Shown here piece after piece: positions 1 to 9,419 of a stretch of 64,000 bases of DNA. Position 1 is the first letter of the stretch, and every line of letters begins with the position of its first letter. The notes beneath the pieces were generated by a model. It was not told the origin of the DNA. It ran no database searches and saw only the letters and a program-made list of their open reading frames with translations. The stretch comes from Gammaproteobacteria bacterium (GTDB lineage Bacteria > Pseudomonadota > Gammaproteobacteria > G965277405): assembly GCA_965277405.1 (NCBI GenBank), contig OZ255726.1, positions 1,792,001-1,856,000 on the forward strand. The letters run 5' to 3'. The position numbers and the translations under genes were made by a program.

Positions 1-208
1 CTGATATATCGTTAATAATGCAGCCAGCGCTGCGCATAATAAATGCACCTATAATGACGATGACAAACAGCGCGATATCAGGGTTACCTGCACTTGCAAC
101 CCATAATGCGTGTAAAGCTGGTAGCAACAGCAGCCATGTACCCGTTGGCTTATTAAACCGAATTAGTGCTAGCGCATTGGCGATAGATTTCAGTGGGAGT
201 ATTTTCAT
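1..208 (-). CDS. ubiA: 4-hydroxybenzoate octaprenyltransferase, N-terminal part (runs off window)
   Basis: Manual translation from ATG at 208: MKILPLKSIANALALIRFNKPTGTWLLLLPALHALW...FIMRSAGCIINDI, matching UbiA RxxKPxG and MRSAGCxxND motifs. Confidence 0.85.
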   Translation of the reverse strand, partial: MKILPLKSIANALALIRFNKPTGTWLLLLPALHALWVASAGNPDIALFVIVIIGAFIMRSAGCIINDIS

Positions 209-373
209 AATTTGCAGAAAATTCAATTGTAAAAAACAGAAACCAAGGCACGATGCTAAACATACATCGCCAGTTGGAATTTTTAATAATATTGGCAGTA
301 CCATTGCGCAAAACACCTTGGCAAAACTGCTTGGTCGCATGGTTGCGATGCTAATACAATTTTGAGTTTAGCA

Positions 374-1627
374 ATGAAACATTTACAGACAATCGCACAA
401 TTTGATACAGAACTTGCTGCGGCAATTGCGCAAGAGGACGTTAGACAACAACAGCATATCGAATTAATAGCTAGCGAAAATTATTGCAGCCCGATGGTGA
501 TGGAAGCCCAAGGCTCAATTTTGACGAATAAATATACAGAAGGGTATCCAGGCAAACGCTATTACGGCGGTTGTGAGTTTGTTGATATTGTTGAACGGTT
601 GGCGATTAGTCGAGCACAACAATTATTTGGTGCAGAATTTGTCAACGTGCAACCGCATTCAGGGAGCAGCGCAAATAGTGCAGTGTATATGGCATTGTGC
701 CAGCCGCATGACACGGTTATGGGGATGAGTTTGAGCCATGGTGGGCATTTGACCCATGGTTCGCATGTCAATTTCTCGGGGCGGATATATAACAGCGTCC
801 AGTATGAAACTGGCGAAAATGGATTGATAGATTATGCTGCGGTAATGCAGCAGGCACGCGCGCAACAACCAAAATTATTGATAGCAGGATTTAGTGCGTA
901 TTCTCAAGTTATTGATTGGCAGGAATTTCGCAAAATAGCAGATGAAGTTGGGGCATATTTGCTCGTTGATATGGCACATGTTGCTGGGCTAGTTGCTACT
1001 GGTCACTACCCAAGCCCAATTGGCATTGCTGACGTGGTGACGACAACGACCCATAAAACATTGCGTGGAGCACGTGGCGGGATGATTTTGGCGACCAATG
1101 CTGATATCGCCAAGAAAATTGATTCAGCAATTTTCCCAGGCTATCAAGGCGGACCATTGATGCATGCTGTGGCTGCAAAGGCTGTTGCATTGTACGAGGC
1201 GTTGCAGCCACAGTTTAAAGATTATCAACAGCGGGTGGTTGATAACGCTAAAGTGTTAGCACAACGGTTGATGGACAATGAAATTGATATCGTCTCCAAC
1301 GGTACTGAAAATCATTTGATGGTGTTAAATCTGTCTAAAAATGCAATAACAGGCAAAGAACTCGCAACTGCTTTGGGGGATGCATGTATTACGGTGAATA
1401 AAAACACCGTGCCGAATGACCCAAAATCACCATTTATTACCAGCGGTATTCGCATTGGCACCCCGGCGATAACAACGCGTGGATTTACAGAAGACGACTG
1501 TAAGACTGTTGCCGACTGGATCACTGAAATTATCCACAACATTGCTGATAGTCAGAAAATAGCGAGTATTCGAGAGCAAGTTATTGACCTGTGTAGTAAG
1601 CGTCCGATTTATGGCAGTTGGCAATAA
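374..1627 (+). CDS. glyA: serine hydroxymethyltransferase
   Basis: [34 protein letters not shown]-lysine motif. Confidence 0.97.
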   Translation: MKHLQTIAQFDTELAAAIAQEDVRQQQHIELIASENYCSPMVMEAQGSILTNKYTEGYPGKRYYGGCEFVDIVERLAISRAQQLFGAEFVNVQPHSGSSANSAVYMALCQPHDTVMGMSLSHGGHLTHGSHVNFSGRIYNSVQYETGENGLIDYAAVMQQARAQQPKLLIAGFSAYSQVIDWQEFRKIADEVGAYLLVDMAHVAGLVATGHYPSPIGIADVVTTTTHKTLRGARGGMILATNADIAKKIDSAIFPGYQGGPLMHAVAAKAVALYEALQPQFKDYQQRVVDNAKVLAQRLMDNEIDIVSNGTENHLMVLNLSKNAITGKELATALGDACITVNKNTVPNDPKSPFITSGIRIGTPAITTRGFTEDDCKTVADWITEIIHNIADSQKIASIREQVIDLCSKRPIYGSWQ

Positions 1628-1686
1628 GCCAGCTGTATTTATGTTTATTTGCTCACTCGCGGTTTGGCTAGCTGCAGTTGACTGAA

Positions 1687-1738
1687 CAGCGGTTTTGCTC
1701 TGGCTAGTCCATAATGAAGCGACCTAACCAGAGGCACC
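1687..1738 (-). mobile_element. degenerate MITE end fragment
   Basis: Reverse complement GGTGCCTCTGGTTAGGTC...GAGCAAAACCGCTG resembles the MITE left end GGAAGCTCTGATTAAGTC...GAGCAAAAACGCTG. Confidence 0.45.
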
Positions 1739-1778
1739 ATACATAAAAAAATTATCTGTCAACTGTGCTTGCTGCAGT

Positions 1779-1940
1779 TTACGTGCCTGAACAATGACCA
1801 CCCACACTTGCTTTGCCTGAACCGGCTGCAATTGCCGGCGCCTCAAAGCGCAAGTCAATAGCTGGAGTGTATAGCCAGTCGGTAACAAACAACACTGTCA
1901 ATACCAACCAGAATATGCCTACTCTTATATTTCTACTCAT
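1779..1940 (-). CDS. 53-aa small membrane-anchored protein ending GGHCSGT
   Basis: ATG 2 nt after the YeeE stop; N-terminal hydrophobic segment, Gly-rich tail with a single Cys. Confidence 0.6.
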   Translation of the reverse strand: MSRNIRVGIFWLVLTVLFVTDWLYTPAIDLRFEAPAIAAGSGKASVGGHCSGT

Positions 1941-1942
1941 TT

Positions 1943-3052
1943 TTATAACCGAAAGTATGTGCGAATTTTCATGCCAATCAATGACCCTGAAAAAGCAAAA
2001 ACGACCCAAATCCAACCATGCAGGCTGCCAGTTGTAATCCCACTTAACATCGCCCCGACGTTACAACCAAACGCCAGCCGTGAGCTATACCCCATCAAAA
2101 ACCCTGCGAGTAGCCCCACCAACCACTGGGTTTTGCTAAGTTCGCTTTTTCCTGCTTTATTTTTTCCTGCGATGAATAATGCGCCCGCCAATATCCCTAT
2201 ATTGGTTAACGTCGTTACATCTAACAACACACTTTGCTGCAGGATTTGTGAATGGGTTGCTGCCCCCCAAAATGGATTGCTGCTCGGTGCAAACAAGCCA
2301 GCAACAGTCGTGGCTTTTGCTACCCATAGCCCAAAGCCATATACAACGCCCCATGGCTGACCTGATACGAGCAACACCAACGTTGCCAGCACTGCCAACG
2401 CGACTGCACCGAGCAGCCAATGTTTACTCAGCCATTGTTTGCCAGCGCCGACCCATACTCTAACGGCAAGCACTATGGCAGCCAGCACGACTAATGTTAG
2501 CCAAAAGGTGCCGTTAAACCCGATTGAACCTTGGATTGCAACAGGTTCGATAGCACCAAGGTCCAACCAACTGTGTAGGTGTACGGAACCAAAAAAACTA
2601 CCAAGCGCAAACAATGGTAAAATCCCCATATTTAACGGTATCCCCAGTCCTGCTTTATACAGTGTTCCAGAGCCACACCCATCTGCGATTTGCATGGTGA
2701 TGCCAAATACAAACGCACCAACCAGCAAACTGACGCTTAACGGTCCCAAAGCACCATGGAGCTCATCAAAATTTGCCAATAATGGTAGCGCCAATGCCGT
2801 GCCGATAGCCAACAACACTACTTGGCCAAATACACCAGCTGGGTCGCGATTTTCTACAAGTATCCGCCAGCCTGTTGTAAAACCGAACCGTGCTCTAGCG
2901 AGTACTGCGCCAAGACCACACCCCAATATTAAGAGTAATGCCTGTCTTACAGAAACTTGCAAAACTAGAAATGCTGCAAATGCTACTATTGCCAGCGGCA
3001 CATATATTCGATAATTGATTGTCATATATTTCCTTATAGGTTTTTCCACCAA
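1943..3052 (-). CDS. YeeE/YedE family sulfur-compound (thiosulfate) transporter
   Basis: Multi-TM protein with IADGCGSG and RLAFGCNVG motifs typical of YeeE repeats. Confidence 0.88.
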   Translation of the reverse strand: MVEKPIRKYMTINYRIYVPLAIVAFAAFLVLQVSVRQALLLILGCGLGAVLARARFGFTTGWRILVENRDPAGVFGQVVLLAIGTALALPLLANFDELHGALGPLSVSLLVGAFVFGITMQIADGCGSGTLYKAGLGIPLNMGILPLFALGSFFGSVHLHSWLDLGAIEPVAIQGSIGFNGTFWLTLVVLAAIVLAVRVWVGAGKQWLSKHWLLGAVALAVLATLVLLVSGQPWGVVYGFGLWVAKATTVAGLFAPSSNPFWGAATHSQILQQSVLLDVTTLTNIGILAGALFIAGKNKAGKSELSKTQWLVGLLAGFLMGYSSRLAFGCNVGAMLSGITTGSLHGWIWVVFAFSGSLIGMKIRTYFRL

Positions 3053-3969
3053 ATTTTTGCGTCAACAATAAGTTGCCCCAATCTGCCTGGTCCTTGTATT
3101 GGCAATCGCTGCTCGCTGTTGGTCCAATCTACCATTGAACCTGGATATAATTTAACTGGCTGTCCCAATATTTCAGAAAACGCAAACCAGTTGGTTGAGG
3201 CCTTATGCCCAGTATTACAAAAACTAACGATTTGTTGTCCATCCTTAATTGGACCAATTGAGGCTAATAAACGTTTTGCCTTGGTAATGTCTAATACTCC
3301 TGAGCCTGGTTCAAAAAAATCTTTAAAAGTAACCCGCACTGCTCCTGGTATGGTTCCTGCGAGCGTTGCTTTGCTGCTGCGGGTTTTTCCTAAGAATGCG
3401 CCTGCTACGCGGGCGTCCATCAGCAGCAGCTTATCGTCACCAAGCTGCGCTGCTAAACCATGCCGTTTCTCAAGGTAGCGACGATTAAACCCAGTCGGGG
3501 TATATTGTGTTGGTATCACCACTGTTATGTTGTTTGTTAGCGGCAAATCATTGACTTTCCATGCGGTTAACCCACCATTCAATATTGCTAGGTTCGTCAA
3601 ACCAAGGGTTTTTAACGTCCAATACACCCGCGCAGTTGCGGAAAAGTCAACGGCGTTATGGCCTGTTGCCACGACGACTATTTTCTTATCTGCTGCAACA
3701 CCTATCCTTTGCAACAATTTGGTAAAATCATCTAATCCACGCAATTGACCGGGGTTGTTCGATGGTCCACGCCAACGTCCATACGGTGCAGACACAGCGC
3801 CGCCAATATGTTCTTTAGCAAAAGCTGCGCTTGGGCGAATATCGATAATCAGGGTGTTTTGCTTGTAGGTAAGCGCTTGCAATTCATTTGCTGTCAACAA
3901 TGGTCCAGCTGATACCGAGGCTGCGCATACAACCAATGCAATAGCGGCAATGTGCGAAATAATTTTCAT
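3034..3969 (-). CDS. exported tandem-domain rhodanese / sulfurtransferase
   Basis: Signal peptide MKIISHIAAIALVVCAASVSA; IIDIR, HIGGAVS, GTIPGA, active-site FCNTGH, LYPGSMVDW. Confidence 0.9.
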   Translation of the reverse strand: MKIISHIAAIALVVCAASVSAGPLLTANELQALTYKQNTLIIDIRPSAAFAKEHIGGAVSAPYGRWRGPSNNPGQLRGLDDFTKLLQRIGVAADKKIVVVATGHNAVDFSATARVYWTLKTLGLTNLAILNGGLTAWKVNDLPLTNNITVVIPTQYTPTGFNRRYLEKRHGLAAQLGDDKLLLMDARVAGAFLGKTRSSKATLAGTIPGAVRVTFKDFFEPGSGVLDITKAKRLLASIGPIKDGQQIVSFCNTGHKASTNWFAFSEILGQPVKLYPGSMVDWTNSEQRLPIQGPGRLGQLIVDAKIWWKNL

Positions 3970-4516
3970 GGTGTTCTCTTGACTAAAAACCGCATTACAA
4001 CATGAAGTTTTATTTACACAATACAAGTAAGTATGAATGCATTAAAAGCGCTCAACAATCACGCGGGGTATAATTTTATTTTAAGTTTGCTTAACTTTGC
4101 GCAGTATTATTTCAGCACTGCTGGCCTGATGCTGGATATAGTTGATTATTATGTTAGTTGATTATTATGTTAACAGCCGCGCTTTGATGCGGTTTTAGTC
4201 TACGTCGATACGCTGCACGCGCTTTGTAGCTTGGCATTATTTTGCTAGCCGTAGGATTGAGCACGACATCAGTTGCATCCATCCACACGACCATTTACCT
4301 GTTGTATATTTCATTAACCCTGTATTTGTAGTGTTTTGCGGTGACCAAGCGATAATACACGGGGTATCACCTAATCTTCACCATGATTTTCATCGATTTA
4401 ATACTTGAGGAATAGAGCTTGTTCATTAAGTTTTCTTACAAATAATCGTTTAAATGAACAGATATTGTTTTTTTGTTCTAATCTATACAACATGTTTATC
4501 TACCATAGGAGTTAAA

Positions 4517-5287
4517 ATGAAAAAAATTATTGCAATCATCACTATTTTATTTGCTGCGCACACGCTCACAGTGGCTGCAGAGACCGTTAAAATTGGCATA
4601 GAACCTGCCTACCCACCTTTTAGTGAAACCAAGCCAGATGGCACGTTTGCAGGCTTTGACATCGACATCACCCACGCACTCTGCGAACAGCTCAAAGTTG
4701 AATGCCAGCTCATTAAGCATGAATGGGACGGTCTTATTCCATCGTTACAAGCTAAAAAAATAGACGCAATCATTGCATCAATGTCGATTACCGCAGAACG
4801 GAAAAAAAAAATATCGTTTACCAATAAATACTATGTATCACACTCACGTTTTGTTGCGCGCAAAGGATCAAAATTCACGGCTGCAAATTTTGACTTAGCA
4901 GGAAAAACTGTTGCCGTGTTGCGTTCATCGGCAATGGACAACTTCGTGACCGACAATTTTGGTGCCTACGATATTTTAACGGTGAAGCGCTATGCTTCTC
5001 AAGAGGATGCATACTTAGATATGATTTCAGGTCGTGTCGATTTAGGTTTTCTTGAATTTGGTGTTGCCGAAGTTTTCTTAAAATCTGATGATGGTAAAAA
5101 CTTTGAAATGATTGGTCCAAGCTATGCGCAAGTTAAATGGTTTGGCAAAGGTATCGGTATTGCTGTCCGCAAACAAGATAATGATCTGCGCAAGCGTTTA
5201 AACGCTGCTATCGACGCCATTCGAGCCAGTGGTGAGTACGACGCCATTCGTGGAAAATATTTTAGTTACGATATATTTGGCGAATAG
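4517..5287 (+). CDS. polar amino acid ABC transporter substrate-binding protein (HisJ/ArgT family), copy 1
   Basis: Signal peptide, YPPF, GFDIDI, SMSITAERKK; RBS AGGAG. Confidence 0.92.
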   Translation: MKKIIAIITILFAAHTLTVAAETVKIGIEPAYPPFSETKPDGTFAGFDIDITHALCEQLKVECQLIKHEWDGLIPSLQAKKIDAIIASMSITAERKKKISFTNKYYVSHSRFVARKGSKFTAANFDLAGKTVAVLRSSAMDNFVTDNFGAYDILTVKRYASQEDAYLDMISGRVDLGFLEFGVAEVFLKSDDGKNFEMIGPSYAQVKWFGKGIGIAVRKQDNDLRKRLNAAIDAIRASGEYDAIRGKYFSYDIFGE

Positions 5288-5314
5288 CTCTCGCGTTCAA
5301 TTTTTATTGAGCAT

Positions 5315-5548
5315 ATGGTATCATGATATTTACCAACTTTGCTCATAGCAGCCGCAACAACTATTGCAATATCGATTGTTGCTGTGGTCATTGCGGCTCT
5401 GCTTGGACTGCTTGCTACTGGAGTTTGGCAAACTAGCAGCAATTGCTATTATTCACTTACCACCTATACCACCGTGATACGCGGTATTCCAGAGTTTGTA
5501 TTGCTGTTGTTGATTTTTTCGGTGGACAAATCTGCATCAACACGTTGA
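5315..5548 (+). pseudogene. truncated, frameshifted copy of the HisQ-like permease
   Basis: Near-identical to the 5' part of 6598-7281 (YTTVIRGIPEFVLLLLIF) with indels and early end. Confidence 0.85.
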
Positions 5549-5802
5549 ATCCAGCCACGCTACCATTGACCCGTTGCATATATCAGTTGCATATATCATG
5601 AACCTTGTATCTGTAGTATTTTGGGGTGACCAAGCGGCAATACATGCAGTATCACTTAATCATGCTCCATGATTTTCATCGCTTAATACTTTGGGCATAG
5701 GAATTGTTATTAAGACTTCTTACAAATTATCGCGCAAATGTACATATATTGCCTTTTTTTGTTCTAATCTATGCAACACTTGTACCTACCATGGGAGTTA
5801 AA

Positions 5803-6570
5803 ATGAAAAAAATTCTAGTAACCGTTGCGATTTTATTTGCAGCGCACGTGTTCACAGTAACTGCAGAGACCATTAAAGTTGGCATTGATGTCTACCCACC
5901 TTTTAGTGAAACAAAGCCAGATGGTACATTTGCAGGCTTTGACATCGACATCAGCTACGCACTCTGCGAACATCTGCAAGTGGAATGCCAGCTCTTTAGG
6001 CATGAATGGGATGCTCTGATTCCAGCGTTACAAGCTAGGAAAATAGACGCAATCATCGCATCTATGTCGATTACCGAGGAACGTAAACAAAAAGTATTGT
6101 TTACGAATAAATACTATGCTTCACCCGCACGTTTTGTTGCCCCCAAAGGGTCAAACTTCACGGCTGCGAATTCTGACTTAGCAGGAAAAACTGTTGCCGT
6201 GCTGCGTTCATCAGCATTGGATAACTTCATGACAGACAATTATGCCGCATACGATATTTTATCGGTGAAGCGCTATGCATCTCAAGACGATGCAAACTTA
6301 GATATGATTTCAGGCCGTGCTGATTTAGGCTTTATGGAATTTGGTGTTGCCGAATATTTTTTCAAAACGGATGTTGGTAAGAACTTTGAAATGATTGGGC
6401 CAAGCTATTCACAGCCTCAATGGTTTGGCGAAGGTATCGGTATTGCTGTCCGCAAACAAGACAATGATCTGCGCAAGCGTTTAAACGGTGCTATCGACAC
6501 CATTCGAGCCAATGGTAAGTACGACGCCATTCGTGGAAAATATTTTAGCTACGATATATTTGGTGAATAA
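5803..6570 (+). CDS. polar amino acid ABC transporter substrate-binding protein, copy 2
   Basis: Paralog of 4517-5287 with the same motifs. Confidence 0.92.
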   Translation: MKKILVTVAILFAAHVFTVTAETIKVGIDVYPPFSETKPDGTFAGFDIDISYALCEHLQVECQLFRHEWDALIPALQARKIDAIIASMSITEERKQKVLFTNKYYASPARFVAPKGSNFTAANSDLAGKTVAVLRSSALDNFMTDNYAAYDILSVKRYASQDDANLDMISGRADLGFMEFGVAEYFFKTDVGKNFEMIGPSYSQPQWFGEGIGIAVRKQDNDLRKRLNGAIDTIRANGKYDAIRGKYFSYDIFGE

Positions 6571-6597
6571 TTAGCTCGCTATATTTTTATCGAGCAC

Positions 6598-7281
6598 ATG
6601 GAATTCGGATATTTTCAATCTTTGCTCATAGGAGCCGCAACAACTATTGCAATATCAATTAGTGCGGTGGTAATTGCGGCGCTGCTTGGTCTGCTCCTAG
6701 CGTTTGGCAAACTATCTAAAGTTGCTATTATTAGCTTAGCTTGTACAACCTATACCACCGTGATACGCGGTATTCCTGAGTTTGTATTGCTGTTGTTGAT
6801 TTTCTTTGGCGGTCAAATCGGCATTAACACACTGATGGAGGAGCTTGGATCTGATTCCTACATAGACATAAATCCTTTTATCACCGGGGTGGTTACCCTG
6901 GGCTTAATTTATGCCGCGTATATGGCTGAAACATTTCGCGGCGCCATTCTTGCGATGGATGTTGGTCAAATCGAAGCTGGCCGTGCGTTTGCAATGCCTA
7001 AATCAACGTTGATTCTTAGAATCATCGTGCCGCAATTGGTGCAACACGCGCTGCCAGGGTTTACCAACAATTGGCTGGTGCTGCTCAAGGCAACTGCGTT
7101 GGTATCGTTAATTGGCTTAGAAGATATGGTGAATGTTGCTCGGTATGCGGGAGCGGCAACTAAACAGCCATTTATTTATTTTTTTGCAACAGCAATATTG
7201 TATCTCATCATGACTTGGTGTTCGCTCAAACTCCTCAACACTTGGGCGAAGCGTTTTAATTTGGAGCAACAACGGCTGTAA
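6598..7281 (+). CDS. amino acid ABC transporter permease (HisQ-like)
   Basis: RGIPE, AETFRGAI...GQIEAG EAA motif. Confidence 0.92.
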   Translation: MEFGYFQSLLIGAATTIAISISAVVIAALLGLLLAFGKLSKVAIISLACTTYTTVIRGIPEFVLLLLIFFGGQIGINTLMEELGSDSYIDINPFITGVVTLGLIYAAYMAETFRGAILAMDVGQIEAGRAFAMPKSTLILRIIVPQLVQHALPGFTNNWLVLLKATALVSLIGLEDMVNVARYAGAATKQPFIYFFATAILYLIMTWCSLKLLNTWAKRFNLEQQRL

Positions 7282-7964
7282 TGGATTTTACCGTAGTTTT
7301 TTTGCAATACCCAAAATGGTTGGAAGGTCTGTGGCTGACGTTTCAGCTTACAGTTTTATCGGTTGTCATTGGCTTTGTCATTGCGCTGTTAATCGCCATA
7401 GTGCTAGTGGGCAAAAACCGCATAGCTATAGCGCTGTGTAAAGGCTATGTTTACTTCTTTCGAGGCACGCCATTTTTGGTACAACTGTATTTAATTTACA
7501 ACGGCTTGGCAGGATTAGCGTGGGTTAGAGACTCGTTTGTATGGGTGGTATTTAAGGAAGCATATTTTTGCGCGCTGCTGGCGTTGGTTTTAAATACTGG
7601 CGCATACGGTGCAGAAATCTTGCGTGGTGCCTTTATAAATACTCCAAGAGAAGAGGTCGATGCGGCCTACTCATTTGGGATGACAAATAGACAAGCCCTC
7701 TGGCGCATTATTATACCATCGGCGTTGCGCCGCGCCTTTCCTGCATACAGCAATGAAGTGATACTGATGTTACACGCAACGTCGCTGGTCAGTGTCATCA
7801 CCTTGATGGACATAACTGGCGCAGCTCGGCTGATTTATGAGCGCTACTTTAATCCATTTGAAACATTTATTATCGCCGGTGCAATTTACTTGATTATCAC
7901 CATTGGGCTTACATGGGTATTCCGAGCATCTGAACGCAAATGGGCGCGACACCTCCAACCATAA
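7281..7964 (+). CDS. amino acid ABC transporter permease (HisM-like)
   Basis: FRGTPFLVQL, AEILRGA, PAYSNEVI. Confidence 0.92.
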   Translation: MDFTVVFLQYPKWLEGLWLTFQLTVLSVVIGFVIALLIAIVLVGKNRIAIALCKGYVYFFRGTPFLVQLYLIYNGLAGLAWVRDSFVWVVFKEAYFCALLALVLNTGAYGAEILRGAFINTPREEVDAAYSFGMTNRQALWRIIIPSALRRAFPAYSNEVILMLHATSLVSVITLMDITGAARLIYERYFNPFETFIIAGAIYLIITIGLTWVFRASERKWARHLQP

Positions 7965-8024
7965 CCATTCGCGCAACAAAGTAATAATACTATGGTTAAT
8001 GCAAAATAGATCCATCTAATAATC

Positions 8025-8615
8025 ATGGCAAAACTCTATTTCTATTACTCCGCAATGAATGCTGGTAAATCAACAACGTTGTTGCAATCAAGGTATAACT
8101 ACCATGAACGTGGCATGCAGACGTGCATATTTGCACCAAAATACGATATGCGATTTGGGAATGAGGTGCGAGTGACATCGCGGCTTGGCTGTAGTGCTGC
8201 TGCGATAGGCTATGCAAAAGAAGACTCAATATACGCCATAGTGACGCAGCTGCATGCGCAACAACCGATTAGCTGTGTCTTGATTGATGAAGGGCAGTTT
8301 TTAACCCGCGTACAAGTATGGCAATGCACGGAAATCTGTGATGTACTCCATATTCCCGTGCTGTGCTATGGATTACGCTCAGACTTTCAAGGCAATGCAT
8401 TTGCTGGCAGCCACGCGCTGCTTACTTGGGCAGATGAGCTTATCGAACTGAAAACCGTCTGTTCTTGTGGTAAAAAAGCATCAATGGTGTTACGGATTGA
8501 CGCAGACGGTAATGCCATTCGAGAAGGCTTACAAGTAGACATTGGCGGCAATGACAAATACATTTCAGTGTGTCGACAGCATTTCAAACAGCCTCTTGCA
8601 ATAAGTAATCTTTGA
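8025..8615 (+). CDS. tdk: thymidine kinase
   Basis: YSAMNAGKST, VLIDEGQF, CxCGKKA, YISVCRQH. Confidence 0.96.
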   Translation: MAKLYFYYSAMNAGKSTTLLQSRYNYHERGMQTCIFAPKYDMRFGNEVRVTSRLGCSAAAIGYAKEDSIYAIVTQLHAQQPISCVLIDEGQFLTRVQVWQCTEICDVLHIPVLCYGLRSDFQGNAFAGSHALLTWADELIELKTVCSCGKKASMVLRIDADGNAIREGLQVDIGGNDKYISVCRQHFKQPLAISNL

Positions 8616-8732
8616 TGTAATCCATATTGAGCATGCTTGTTGATACAGTGTGTATGAGATGCAATGCTGCAAAACCGCAAACACTGCTATTTCGAATCAG
8701 TCAACAAATGGACGTGGTTTGAGGCAGGGCAG

Positions 8733-9419
8733 CTAATTCAGTGCGTTTTGCTCGCTTGATGAGTTATTCACAACTTGTACTCGTTCGAAGACCTCTAAGG
8801 CAACATGGCGCACGCCTTGTTCCTGCTCTAGCTGTTGCTGTATTGCTAATAGGCGTTCGATAGTATGCGTGCCGTGAACTGTCACAAATAGCCGCCAGCC
8901 GTCTTTTTTTACCAGCAAGCCTTTTTTAAATTGTTGCTGATATTCTAGGCTGAAATCGTTTACATACTTTGCTAGCAATATATCTGCCGCTTGGTAGGCA
9001 GTAGGATCCACATCTATTCGCAAGTTTTGTAACACAATCCCAAGATTGCCATAGCGCTGATTTCTAACTACAGGATAATTACTTAGAGGCAGTCCCGCTG
9101 GTGAATAGTCGCTGTTTATGCTCGACGCCTGCCTGCTGTTCGTTGCGGTTTGGTAGATTATAAAGTTGCCTTTCTTTTCAACAAAATTTGCTGCAGTCAG
9201 TGCACTTTGAGGACTCGCAGTTGCTTGTGCTGTTGCTTGAGTTGGCGCTGCACTGGCGTTACCCGTTGCCGGTTGCTGTGCATACATATCGCGCTGTATT
9301 ACATATTCAATACCGTTATTTTCAAACGTTTGTGCAGATGACGACACGGAAAACACCACGCCCATACATGCAATGGCTACTGCGATACCAGCCGTACTAG
9401 TTTGATTAGCTCGGATCAT
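8733..9419 (-). CDS. exported hypothetical protein, candidate external chaperone of the adjacent S8 protease
   Basis: Signal peptide; overlaps the protease stop; chaperone role inferred from context only. Confidence 0.55.
   Translation of the reverse strand: MIRANQTSTAGIAVAIACMGVVFSVSSSAQTFENNGIEYVIQRDMYAQQPATGNASAAPTQATAQATASPQSALTAANFVEKKGNFIIYQTATNSRQASSINSDYSPAGLPLSNYPVVRNQRYGNLGIVLQNLRIDVDPTAYQAADILLAKYVNDFSLEYQQQFKKGLLVKKDGWRLFVTVHGTHTIERLLAIQQQLEQEQGVRHVALEVFERVQVVNNSSSEQNALN

Noticed and set aside
18-365. 115-aa plus-strand ORF
   Set aside because: Antisense shadow of ubiA, which has clear motifs on the minus strand
4290-4516. Duplicated ~230-nt leader as a riboswitch
   Set aside because: Conservation is explained by the tandem duplication; no recognisable aptamer motif
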